Positions 1 through 13,001 of a DNA stretch of 64,000 nt are shown piece by piece; within the stretch, counting starts at the first letter, position 1, and each line of letters begins with the position of its first letter. The translations under genes and the position numbers were made by a program. The stretch comes from Adineta vaga (Eukaryota > Animalia > Rotifera): assembly GCA_021613535.1 (NCBI GenBank), contig CP075497.1, positions 2,728,001-2,792,000 on the forward strand. Direction: 5' to 3'. Under the pieces are notes generated by a model. The model made no database searches. It was not told the DNA's origin and was given only the letters and a program-made list of their open reading frames with translations.

Positions 1-95
1 GCCTATATTTTTTTAGTAGAAGAATGATCGCAAACAGACTCAGCAAGGAAGAACAATATTCATCTATGTAATCGAAACAACTATCTTGATTCGAA

Positions 96-1133
96 ATGGT
101 TTATATTCATTGGTCAAAATATCAAAATCATCGTCCATTATTCCAGATATGTTCCATCTGTTGTGATTATAAACGATATCTTCTCTTATCACTATTTATT
201 CTATGTATAATCATGTTATTTTATGTTAATTCTGATACATTTTCAAAAACGGATATGATTGAGAATGAAGATCTATGTTCCAAGTTACTGCATATAACTA
301 TTAATAGTAATCGAACTTTATGTAGCGAAGAAGCGGATCGTCGGGGTAACAAACAACGTATTATTTCATTATCGATCTTTGGGCCGAAAGAAAATTCTTT
401 GTTTGTCGATGAAAAATTTTCTCAATTAATTTCACCATTGATCGATGAAGCGAAATTCTTATTTCCAACATGGATAATACGTTTATATGCAGATGAATCA
501 ACAATTCATCGACTGGATTTACATAATCTATCACGTACAACAAGGAATATTGATGTTTGTAATGTTAATCAATTACCAATTTTAGGTAATGTCGGTGAAT
601 ATTTATCAGGAAAACTATGGAGATTTCTTCCAACACTTGATCCAATGGTTGATTTTGTCTCTTCGCGCGATCTTGATTCACCATTAACACATCGTGAACA
701 AGTAGTTGTTGAACAATTTGTTAATTCATCATATTTATTTTTAACAATACGTGATCATCCGTTTCATAATGTTCCAATACTCGGTGGTTTATGGACCAGT
801 GCATTGTATAGAAATCGTGTTTTATTTCTTCGTTTATTTCGTATTTTACTCGATAAAATTCGTGTTCAACAATATAGTTTAATGAAGGATCAAACATTAT
901 TAGAAGAATTAATTTGGCCACATGTGAAAGATCAATCTTTAGTATTTGATTCATATACCTGTGAACAGTTTCCAGATGGAAATTTACATGCTTTTCCTAC
1001 TCAAAGACCAGCAAGAGATTGTCATTTAGGTTGTATTCGACCTTGTTGTCAAAATTCATTAAGAATTATTTTTGAAAAACCATGTCCACGAAAATGTAGA
1101 CCAGCCGATCATCCTGATTGGACTTACTGCTAA
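96..1133 (+). CDS. Uncharacterised type II membrane protein, putative GT-A-like glycosyltransferase (intronless)
   Basis: 345-aa ORF with an N-terminal TM, motifs IISLSIFG..FPTWIIRLY, WRFLPTLDP, SRDLDS (DxD), IRDHPFHNVPILGGLW and a Cys-rich end CPRKCRP..HPDWTYC. Enzyme function is inferred. Confidence 0.75.
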   Translation: MVYIHWSKYQNHRPLFQICSICCDYKRYLLLSLFILCIIMLFYVNSDTFSKTDMIENEDLCSKLLHITINSNRTLCSEEADRRGNKQRIISLSIFGPKENSLFVDEKFSQLISPLIDEAKFLFPTWIIRLYADESTIHRLDLHNLSRTTRNIDVCNVNQLPILGNVGEYLSGKLWRFLPTLDPMVDFVSSRDLDSPLTHREQVVVEQFVNSSYLFLTIRDHPFHNVPILGGLWTSALYRNRVLFLRLFRILLDKIRVQQYSLMKDQTLLEELIWPHVKDQSLVFDSYTCEQFPDGNLHAFPTQRPARDCHLGCIRPCCQNSLRIIFEKPCPRKCRPADHPDWTYC

Positions 1134-1350
1134 TAATGTTTAAATATATTCAATAAATTTCCTAGGGAATTTCGTTTTTTCTTTTTTTGAAAATAGAAAT
1201 ATTTCAATCACAGTTACTGATATTGACATCAAATACATGTTATCAAATCAAATATTGATTTAACACATGAAATTTTGTCGTTTATTAAAAACAAATAGAC
1301 ATTTATGTAATCGAACTATCTTACTTCATATATATATAATCGAGATATTT

Positions 1351-2432
1351 CTAACAAAATAACCAATCTTTATGTTCTTTTGGACGGCATATTCTCGGAC
1401 ATTTTATATAAGTAGGTGAATCTTTGACAGATTTTGATTCATTTGTACAACATGGTTTAGGACAACCAAGAAAACATGATGAATGTTCACGCTTTGTTGG
1501 ATAAGGACGTGTATCTGTTCGTTGAATATAATATGACCAAAAGCAAGAAAATGAATCATGTGCAAGAGAATTTCGACGAGCAAGTGGCCATATATGATCT
1601 TCTAAGAATAATTGATCGCCAAGATTTGAATAACTCTTCCAAAATTTTTCAATTTCATCTTCTCGATCTGATGGTATAAGTGCATTAGCAATAATTAATC
1701 GATCATTAATTGATAAACGATTCGAAGCTACACCCCATAATCCACCAAGCATTGGAATATTATGCATTCTATTATCACGAAGAACATGAAATGCATATGT
1801 TGTTTTTGTTAACCATTCATTAACTGCTTGAACTTCACGATCAAATATATCGGAATCAAGATCACGAACCATTGCTACACCAACAAATGGATCAACTGAA
1901 ATAATATCATTTGAATATTAATATCTTTCTTATGTTTACACTTACTAGCAGGCAAGAATCGTTGTACTTTACCCGGTAATTTATTTTTTAGATTTCCTAA
2001 TACAGGTAGATTTTCTGTATCACAAAAATCGAGATTATCATATGATTGTTCGATATCTTTAATATCATTTTTTGTTTTGCTGACTAAATTATAGTAATAA
2101 ACACGTACAATCCATGATGGATACATTTGTTTGGCTTGACTAGCGAATTCTTTGATATATGACCATGTAAGATTTGTTTTTAAATTTATACGATCATTTG
2201 ATTCATAAGCAGAAACACTTAAAACATGTTGATTGAAACCACGTTGAACAGATCGTATCGAACAAAATGAGTAATTTTCTGCGAGTAATAATAAATTTCT
2301 TATACGTTCATTATTAACTTCATTGTTTGGTTTGATCGAACTAAGAAGTAGACATATCAGACCTATTGAGAATATAATACATGTAATAAAATGAAATCGT
2401 CGACGAAAGAATGAAGATGTATAAATTAACAT
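1351..2432 (-). CDS. Paralog of the 96..1133 protein, 2 exons (intron 1896-1945)
   Basis: A 50-nt GT-AG intron joins the two ORFs to give QRFLPAIDPFVGVAMVRDLDS. Shares YPSWIVRVY, VLRDNRMHNIPMLGGLWG and CPRICRPKEHKDWLFC. Confidence 0.8.
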
Positions 2433-3200
2433 ATTGTATTGGACGAAAACGAACCTATTATATGTTTATAATTATTAAATTAGAAATCACATATGATTTG
2501 ATTAGTAAAAAAACAATTTTAAACAATGAATAAGATAAGAAAGTTAAAGAAAAAGAAAAAGAATTTATCTACAAATATTTATTTATTCTTTCTTCTCCTC
2601 ATCGTACTTATTTTTATACTATTAGTATAACGAATAGAATAAATTTACCAAGAAAAATACACACGACATGTTAAATGTTTCGCAAAGACGAAAAAAACAA
2701 ATATTATTCATCTTTTAGTGTTATAGTAACTCGTTCTTTTTTCGTGTTTTGATTCATCAAGAAACGAATAGTATGTCGAGTTACTGTATCTAACATGCAA
2801 TCAATAACGTATTTATGAGTTTATCCTCGTTATTGATATTGATTTCTGTGACAAAAATATTTTCACATTTGAACATAAAATAAATTTTCATACTGACCAA
2901 ATAAAATATGTCTTCAGATTAATTTATGAGCGTTATAAGTCTTAGAACAGTTCATCATTTCTTACATCTTGAGGGTTAGTTTGTTATGTCATAGATATAC
3001 CCATACCCATCGTGATATGAATAAACAACATTTCTTGATTGATAATATGTTTAAATGGTATGTAACGACCTCTGGTTGGTTAGTTCTTCAATTGGCTTAT
3101 TCGATCTAATCAATCGAATATGATTTTTAAAACTAAACGAAATTAATTCAACGAAATTTATCTCGTCTATTACTCCTCCATTTTCAAGTAAATTATCATT

Positions 3201-4316
3201 ATGTCATCGTGGAAGAAATCCAGTAAAGCTGGTCAAGTTCAACATCGTGAACGATCTCAAGTAAATAATTGTTTATCTTTATTCAAAGAAAAACTTATAA
3301 AATTCATTATTTTTTAGCTTTCGGCACGACAACATTTAGGTTTATTAGAAAAGAAGAAAGATTATAAAGAACGTGCAATGTAATTCGAATTAGACATTTA
3401 ATTAATCAAAATGATTTCTTTTTTCATTTAGTGATTATCAAACTAAAGGAAATGTCATTCGTGAACTTAAGAAAAAAGCTTTGGACAAAAATCCAGAAGA
3501 ATATTACTTCAACATGGTTAATACGAAACTAAAAGTATGTTATTGAAATATCTAACAATGAATCTTTTGTTATTGTTTAATATAGAATGGTGTTCATAGT
3601 TTGAAAAAGAAGTACAAAGAATACAATGATGATCAATTGAAATTAATGCAAACACAAGATTTAAAATATATTAAATATAAACATCAAATGGAAAGAAAAA
3701 AGATTGATAAATTACAATCATCATCACATTTAATCGATTCGGAACAACGTCCATCAACATCACATATTTTCTTTGTTGATTCTCAAAAACAAGGTTTGTT
3801 ATTATTTTATTCAGATTTTAATATAAATCGCGTATATATATATATGTATTTAGTTGAAAAATTCGATCCTGTTAAACAAATGCGTACACATCCATCATTG
3901 ATCAATCGTCGATCCAATCGATTAACAATTGAACAATTAAAATCGGTGAAATTAAACTTTGATGAAGAGCAAAACAATGTAAATATGATCTTTTCCTTGC
4001 TGAGAATTCTTCTGTATTGTAATGATCTTTGTAGAAATTTCAAAAACAACGAAAGAAGAAATATACTGAAATTCAAAAACGAATTGATCGTGAAAAGAAA
4101 TTACAACAAGTTGAATTAGCTATGGAAGATAAATTACTATTGAAAGTAAGAATGATCATTGTTTAATTTTTCGAAAGAAAATTATGTTTTACTTTTGCCT
4201 TTTAGAATCCGAAACAAAATGATAAGGCTAATGATGATGATGAGTTTTGGTCGGATAATGAAACGGAAAAAGGAAATGAAAAGAAAAAAACGAAAGTTAT
4301 ACCGAGAAAGAAATAA
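3201..4316 (+). CDS. UTP11: U3 snoRNA-associated protein 11 (SSU processome), multi-exon
   Basis: Spliced product [40 protein letters not shown]...ALDKNPEEYYFNM...LKLMQTQDLKYI...HIFFVD...THPSLINRRSNR matches Utp11 signatures. Confidence 0.93.
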
Positions 4317-4382
4317 ATGTTTCTGTTTTGTTCAAATATAAAAAATAAAGCAACATTTCATATTTGATTGTTTATGTTTCAG

Positions 4383-5785
4383 ATGAGTTTAATTTCATTC
4401 AATAATAAGGTATACGATTCGAAAAAAAACATATGAATTCATGATGAATATTTCGATTTTATTTTCATAAAAAAAGGTTATTGAATTAGAAAAAGCAGTC
4501 AAACGAAGTAAAGTTCGGATCATTCGAAAATTAACTCGACAAATTGAACATGAACGAAAGAAGTAGGATGTTCATAATTGAATTCAACGAATGTTTTTCA
4601 TTCTTTAGAAATCCGGATGATGATGATGAACGTACAACACGAAAAGTGAAAAGAATTATTGATGAAATTCATCAAATTCGCGTAAGAAAGTCTTCATTGA
4701 ATTAATATTGAATTCATTGATTTAATTTAGAAATTAACGAATAAAGATGTGGTTTTATTTGCAATGGAAAATCCAGGAACTATTGCTGAAGTTCTACAAA
4801 AATGCAAGGTAAAACAAATTATCGATTATAATCGAAAACTGTAAACGATTTTCTCTTTCAGCCGAGTAGTGACGATCTCAAGCAGTTTGCGTTGATTCGT
4901 TTAGCAACTGAAAAATCATTACAATCTGATTTAGTCTCATTGAAAAATAGTGATGATTATGGAAAGTCATGGCAACAGTTATTGATCATGTATCAATCAC
5001 GATATGAAAAACGTATTGTATGGAAAGAAAAATCGAAAGATTTTGAAAAAATTGAACAAGCACTTGTTGATCAACAGAAAGAATTAGAAGAAATCGAACA
5101 AAAATTACCGAAACCATTGAAAATAAAAAAGAAAAAAACGGAAAAAATTAAAGAAAAACCTCGTATGACTCATACAAAACAAGCTGTTGTTTGTGTACTC
5201 AATCTAGAGAATAAAACAGCTGAACCATTCGGTGATCAAGCTGATGAAGAAGAAGAAGAAGAAAATGCAAATGAAGAAAAACCGATAGCAATGGAAACCG
5301 AATTAAAGCCAATTTCATCAACATCATCAGCAACTGTGATTAATGATCCATTTTTTCTCAATAGTGAACATCAAATAACCTATCAAAAACGAACTAGTCG
5401 CGATAAGAATGATTCTGAACTTGATGATAAACGTTTTATTGAACATTCTTATTTCATCGATGCACTTTCCTCTTCGTCGAATCGACGCGATGGTAAAGGA
5501 GATATTGCAAAAAAGAAATGGGCACATCTATCACCTCTAACTCGATCTTTACCATCAAACAAGAAGTCAACCAGTAAGTCAATCTACTTTATTCGAAAAT
5601 GATTCATTTCATCTTTTCTCTTCATAGAATTACCAAATAATCCAAAATTCAAAACTCAAGATACAAATGTAGCACCACTTCATCCATCATGGGAAGCGAG
5701 TAAAAAAGCTCATACACAATATCGAATACAAAAATCTGAAGCAAAAAAGATTGTTTTCAATAATAGTGATGATGAAGCGACATGA
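4383..5785 (+). CDS. SRFBP1: Serum response factor-binding protein 1 / BUD22 family, multi-exon
   Basis: N-terminus MSLISFNNKVIELEKAVKRSKVRIIRKLTRQI and C-terminal Bud22 motif LHPSWEASKK...KKIVF. Confidence 0.85.
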
Positions 5786-6790
5786 AAAAAATGTTTCATT
5801 TTTTTTAATGTTTTTTGTTTTCAATTAGTAAAATTGATTTTTGAAAATCAACGATTATCTTTCCAGATGTCTGTTTTTGGTCAACCTTGTCAATTATTTA
5901 TGATAATAGGAGCTAAAATTGTCCATCATCTACTAATCTTAAAGACTTGTACGAAGGTCATATCAACACTATAATTAGATTGAATATTTTCGTTTCCTTC
6001 CATGTCAATTTTGACTAATGAAGAGTGTTTGTTTCATTCATAAATATTCTCTTTTCGATTACAAATTGTCTCATTCTTGTTTTGTTGGATTCTTTTACCA
6101 GCTGGATAGACAGATCATTGTCAGATAGATAAAGCAATTGTCCTTGGTACATATTCATGCGGCAATCAATTAAGTGATGACATCAAGAATGTCAAAGAAA
6201 GAACTAATTATCTAATTATGAAGTAAACTTCATCCAAGAATTATTCGAAATTGAAATAAGATGGCAGTTGAATATTCTAGGTCGATGATAGTTTAAAAGA
6301 AACAATTGAAAAATATGCATAATCAAATGAGTTTCAATAGTCATTATCAACATTCGTTTGCATCAGCCGTGCATATATACTTTGTCTCTTTCTTATATCA
6401 ATAGAATAAGTCCATCTGTGACCACCTATCACTATGAAACGATGATCGCGCTCCTCCTTTTTCTTTTCAAAGAAAAATCACATACGCATTTTTTCTTCCT
6501 CATCAATTGAGTATTAAAAAAATTCGTGCGTCAGTTGTTGCCTTCAACGAACAAATGAAACAATTGAGTTTTTTTTCTTTTCTCTCTCGACGAGTGTGAT
6601 ATAAATACAAATGATGTTCACTTGCAATTTTTAGTTTGTTCAGCAAACCGTCTCTACGTTTTGATTGTTGCTCAGAGAGTCTGGATGTTAATTTTGACTC
6701 TATGACAATGATCAAAATCTTAAACGGTTTATATATGTCGATATCTTTTCATTTAACACAAATCTAATTAAGCGTGAATAGGAAAAGAAA

Positions 6791-8054
6791 ATGTTCGAAT
6801 CAATGGATTTGAAAAGAAAATCAAAAGCTCGACGTTCAATTGGTCAATGGTGTCAAGATTTTTGGTCAACGATCGATCGGTATATTTCTTCACTACGTCG
6901 ATTTATTTATAATCGAGAACAAGGTGAAATATGTGGACGTGATGGAAAACGATGGAGTATGAAAAACAAATAGCATTTATCAAATCATTTTCTTTTTATC
7001 CTAGGCAAATTAGCAGCTTTCTATTTTTTCTTTTTCATTACACTTGCTGGTTTCTTTTGTTTATATTTATCTATCTTTATGTCATTGTTACCATTAAATC
7101 AACCAAAATATATCGGTAAATCGAGTTGTTTAACATCTCGTGTGAATTCACTTTCACCAGGTTTCTTTATTCAATTTTGATATTTTCAATTTGATCAAAT
7201 ATTTTGTTCCTACAGGACTTAGTTTTCGTCCACAACCAGAATTTGATCCGAAAGATAGACATACAGTGATACGATTCTCAGCAACAAATCATGAATACGA
7301 TAGTTATGTAAAAAATCTTGATGAATTTTTGAATTCTTGTAAGTGATCATATTGTCGATTTGATTATGAAAGAAAATTCTTTCGATATTAGATTACAGTA
7401 TATCAACTTCAAAGAATTTCACTATCAATAATGTAGGTAATTGTCAGTCTGATAAACAATATGGTTTTTCAACTGGTCAACCATGTTTTTTGATTAAAAT
7501 CAATAAAGTTTGTTGTTATAAATCATTATCAATTTGAATAGATGGAAATTCCATTTCACAGATTGTTGATTTTGTTCCTGAAATTGGTAGAACAGATGTA
7601 GATAATAAAGATGAATCAGCATGTGTCAATATTCCTAACATACCGGTCCGATGTCAAGGCGAAGTTTGTTCCATTTTTGTCGTTTATTATATAATAATTT
7701 TACTCGTTCCAATAGAAATCATTAGATCAAGACAACCTTGGCACTATTCAATACTACAGTGAATCTGATACGAGTAATGTTTGTGGATCAATCGATGTGA
7801 AACATTTTCCTTATCGGTAAACAAACCCATGATTTTGTCATTCGATGGAAAACTTCATTTTCATATATTCTAGTGGTAAAGTAGACCGAAAAGATGCTTA
7901 TCAAGCTCCATATGTATGGATACAGTTCCCTAATTTAACTGCCAATGTTTTAATTTCTATTGAATGTCGTATATATGGTGCAAATATCTTCTATGATAAA
8001 ATAACTCAGCGTGCTAGCATACGTTTTCAATTGTATTTGAATAAAAATTCTTAA
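6791..8054 (+). CDS. Na+/K+-ATPase beta subunit (nervana-like), multi-exon
   Basis: FIYNREQGEICGRDGKRW, TM AFYFFFFITLAGFF, PGLSFRP, YGFSTGQPCFLIKINK, FPY, YQAPYVWIQF, IECRIYGANI. Confidence 0.9.
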
Positions 8055-8533
8055 GAAGAAAAAAACAATTATTGACATGTGCATTCATGTAAATTTATAT
8101 TCAAGGCTGAGAAAATATATCCTAGGAAACTTTTTTTATCCATCTTAAGTTTATCTGTTGTTATAATTAAATAGATCAGTTTGCTGTCTTTTCTGTTTCG
8201 TTATGGAAAAGGTTGAATGAGATGAACATAAGTTATATATATATAGATGTTATTTAATCAGTTCGCTCATTTATCTGCTTTAATTCTACATTAACTGTGG
8301 ACAGAGACGAAGAGATCGTTTACAAGCAAATTCTATGTACGTAATCATAAGAAAAGAAATATTGTTGATGAAAGGATAACAATCAATATCCTTATTTCTC
8401 TCCTCTGATGAGAAAAAAGGACAGAAGAGAGAAGATAGAGAGAGAAAACTCGTTGGGAAACATTTTCCTCCATTCAATCATACGTTTTTCCTGATAGATA
8501 CAGTCGTACATATTATTAAGCTGTCATACAAAT

Positions 8534-10294
8534 ATGGTATCAAAATTGAATTTTCTAGTTTTAATTGCAATTATTTCAATTCAACAATTTGCTTTTATCA
8601 AAGTAAGTATTTGACTATTTTCTCTATTAATAATTCTACGATATTCCGTACTACATAGTGAATTCTTCATAGTAAATCTTCGAGATTCCAGACATGTTGA
8701 TTATAAGTGTTTGCTCTTATTTACCAGACGTGAAATCTATTAAGATACACATAGGTTATTCTAGCAGAAATGTTTTTCTTTTCCAATGTGCAATAACTGT
8801 ACAAGAAATATGTCTGTCCTCGATGAAAAAAACAATAACAATAAATCATAGGCGGAACATATTTTCATGGATGTAGAATATCCTATCATCATTTTTGTCT
8901 AAATGAAAATGTCTTTGAAGAATCTATCAGCAATTGTGTGAAATAACTATCATCTTTCTCTCTTGAGATTCATGATGTTTACATTAGAAATTGTAATCAC
9001 CGTTTCGAATATATTCTATTCTATTGATTACATCATATTAAGAATAATAAAGCAACTGACAATCACAATTAGATTAACTAACTTATTTAAGATAGAAAAG
9101 AAAAGATATACACAAAATGATATGAGAACATGACAACGTACGGTGAATGTTGTTTGTATATACTTATCTGATTGAGTGTGAAATAATGAGAATAATGTAC
9201 GTGTTAGAATGGTTGATATATCAAGGGAATATGATTTTTGTTACTTTTATAGTCAGAAATCGATATCAAAGATGAACAAGAAAAACAACTGATCAATGAT
9301 TTTCAAGGTATGAGTTTTAAATCATTCGATCAATGAAAATTTGTTCTTTTGTGATATAGATCGTTGTGCAAGTACAAAATGTCGTGATGGTGAAACTTGT
9401 GTATTGAATAAGGATGGTGATGCTGAATGTGCTTGTATTGCACAATGTGAAGATCCAAAAGATGAACGTTTAATGGTTTGATAGATTTTGATTTTTATTG
9501 GAATATTTTCATAGTTTTTCGATTAGATTTGTACTAAAGCAAATCATACATATACATCGGATTGTGAATTCTTTCAAATGCAATGTTGGTGCCGTAAAAA
9601 TGATGAGCAATGTACACGAAAAGAAGCTTTAACAGATTCAATTGATTATTTCGGACGATGTCAAAGTAGGGGGGGTAGAAAATCATTCGAAATTTATTTC
9701 TTGTTGAACATTTGTTATAGATCTTGGTGTTTGTACAAATTTTGAATTGGAAGTTTTTCCTAAACGAATGACAACATGGCTTGGAGAAATTCTTGATGCT
9801 TTGGTTTGTGATAATTAAAAGACAGAATGAAAATTTAGTTTTCAAATTTTATTTTAGTTTGTACGTAAAGATTTGGATGCGAAATATGAAGTATTAGTTA
9901 GTGAAGCACGAAAAATGAAATTATCAAATACAGAAAAATGGTGGCGTAATGCTGTTCTTTGGGAATTTTGTGAACTTGATCGAACACATGATAAGTAAGA
10001 GTTGAATAATATTCTTTTCACGTAAAAACTTATTGACTTTTCTTTAATAAATTCAAAGTGTCGTTAATAATGAAGAATTAGCACGTTTTGTTCGATCACT
10101 CAAAGTACTTGAACATTGTATTCAACCATTTCTGGATCATTGTGATACAGATAATGATAATAAAATTTCATCGGATGAATGGGGTACATGTCTCGGTTTA
10201 GATCAAGGTAATTTCAATTCATTCTTTTTATTTAAACTTTTTTTTTCTCTTTCTAGATGATACAACTTTCTTGAAAACATTCTGTTCACAATAA
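8534..10294 (+). CDS. SPARC: SPARC/osteonectin (follistatin-Kazal + EC domain), multi-exon
   Basis: Signal peptide exon, then CASTKCRDGETC...CTKANHTYTSDCEF..DYFGRC, FPKRMTTWL, WEFCELD, LEHCIQPFLDHCDTDNDNKISSDEWGTCLGL. Confidence 0.93.
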
Positions 10295-11184
10295 ATTAAC
10301 AATATACGAACACTAGATTGATAATTACATGTGTGCCCATAGTTTAGCCATTCTTTTTCTCTTTCTTCTATAACATAATCATCAATTTTATTATCAATAA
10401 AACCATTGCATATTTTTACTTTATGATTAAACAACAAAAATATTTTGTGTCTAATGAGTTGATTTCAAAATAATATGTTTACTTGTTTGGGAAGTATTTC
10501 AAGGTTATTTGGATCAATTTTTCTCCCATTGAGCATGTCTGAGGCATTGTGGTTATGGTTTGTCTTTCTGTTTGATAATTGCTTTATACTTTTTTTTCTA
10601 TATGACACTCTTTATTCATATTAGTTTCTCATTAGAATCTTTTTGTCTAATTGGTTTTTGAAATAGATATCGAACGTACTAAATAATGACTGTCATCAGC
10701 AAGAATATCGTTTTATCATTTGATTCGATTGGATTATTTCCATTGTTATATTCGAATACTGAGACGAAAAACGAATGAAATGGATGATCATCTGATAGAT
10801 GTGCTTAGTTCAGTACATATCAAATACTTTCCAATGATAATAAATAGCAATTAGTAACCTTATTTGATGATTTACCTCAACCGTGATTTTAAATGTATAA
10901 AAAGTTATTTTATATGGTGATCTAATGACTACTAAAACTATACAATAGATATTAATAAGAGATACAAATGGCTAATTAATATATTTTTCTCTCCTGAACT
11001 ATCGTCTTGTTTACTTGTGGTTTTTGTATTATAATTGATACTATTTTGCTTTCGCTTCATTGCACTTTGATCTTTTAATCGATGTTAATGTGAATCTAAT
11101 TGTTAGATGACATATACTATTTAAATCGAACTATTTTCCCATTTGAATTTACCAAACAAATCACTTTTTTTCAATATTCTCTTA

Positions 11185-12617
11185 ATGGATTCAACTTCAT
11201 TTAGCAATACTGGTGTTATTCAAGCACTTTTACAAAAAGCTGATGAATTAACAAATATCTCATTTGATACAAATTCATCAGTAACTATTGTTGGTCAAGA
11301 AAAGAATGCATCAATCAATTTATTTGATGGATATAGTAAAAGTTCAACAAATGATTCGAATCCAAGTGGTGTAAGAATTGAAGAAGTTGATGAAGTTACT
11401 GCTGATCAGATTATTCGATCCTTATCACCATCAGAACTTACTTCTCAATATCAATCTGTTGATGTCCATACCACTAGTAATAGTGTTATTGATGAACCAA
11501 TTTCTGCCTTTGTACAAACGGCAAGTTATAATAACAATCTTTATCAAGATCCGAATGGACCTGAAATTATACGACGACCCGCTGTACAAGGCCCTGTAAC
11601 ATATAAACAGAATGTTTCAGTACGATTCCTCCAACCACCGCCAGTTCCACCACCAGGAGTATGTTTTATCATTTCAAACGTTTTATCATTAATCTTGTTT
11701 ATTCTTGTAGCCATTAATTATTAAAGAAGTTCGTCCACCTCAAGTAAGTATTCATTTCATTGTCAAGGAGAGAGATTTTTTTGACATATAATTAGCCACC
11801 TGCTCCACCACCACTTATCATTCGTCAACGTGCTCCACCACTTCCTACACCTCCTCCACTGATTTTTCGAGAACGACCACCAAAAGTTCCATCCCCAGTT
11901 CCAACTCAAACCGTTATCAAAAAACTACCCTCAACTCCTGTTCCACCTCGATCTATCATTGTCGAACGATTTCCACCCATTCCACCACGACCTCGTGATA
12001 TCATCATAGAGCGATGGTTACCCTATCCAAAAGAACCACAAAAACGTAAGATCATCACTCATCGAGCTCCACCACCACCTACATATCCTCAACCTCGTAA
12101 TACAATCATTGTTCATGAACCAATCCAAGTCAATGTTGTACGTCAAATTCATCGACTTGATGTTCAAGTACAAAATCCACAAGATTATATCGCCAGATAT
12201 GGTCATAGTCTACTTGATTCCACATCTTTACTAACAAAAGTACAACAAGTTGGTATTAATGAAGATCTAGTAAGTAGAGATACTCATTGAATTTCAAAAA
12301 ATGATCATTTTCCTTCTTTTTTTAGGGTCTACCAGTGAATAATTTCAATCAATCCTATCAAACAGATACCAATACTGAAAATTATGTGAGTAGTACACAG
12401 TCCGTCTGGGAACCTGAATATGAATATAGTACGACTACAATAGAAACTCAAACAGCAAATAATAGCGAACAACCCGAAGTTTACTGGACCGATCGTAAAC
12501 ATAAAATCATTGTGAAATAATTCTAGTGAAATTATAATTTGTGTTTTTTCTTCTTCTATTCTAGCTCAAGAAGACGTTCGTTCAATTCTTCAACGTCTTG
12601 GTATTCCCTTGGAATAA
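11185..12617 (+). CDS. Proline-rich uncharacterised protein with repeated PP-L/I-I-x-R-E/Q-R motifs, multi-exon
   Basis: Exons join in frame across GT-AG introns: YKQNVSVRFLQPPPVPPPG-PLIIKEVRPPQ-PPAPPPLIIRQRAPP..PLIFRERPP..IIIERWLPYP. Confidence 0.75.
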
Positions 12618-13001
12618 TAATTCCTTCCCAATTGATCTTTTTATTAACATTTAAAAAGAGGAAAACTAATTTTCTCTTTACATTTATTGACTTGAAACAT
12701 TGATTTTGTTTGACCGGTGCACTTGTCATTCGTTTATTTTTCTTTCTTTTTTATTTTTTTTTTACGGTGATGGTATAAAAATAAATTGAAAACAAAACAA
12801 AATATTCATAGCGATAGACTGCCCACAAACACAACAAAGAAAAGATACAAGATAAATTCAAAATCGAAAACAAATAAAGAAACAAAACGATATATGAGAT
12901 TAAATATTTGTAGTTTTCAAAAAGTCAAATCATTACAGATTCTAAACTAAAACAGAATTGTTAAATAAAGTTTGTTCTTGTCTACTAAAATAAAAAGATT
13001 T

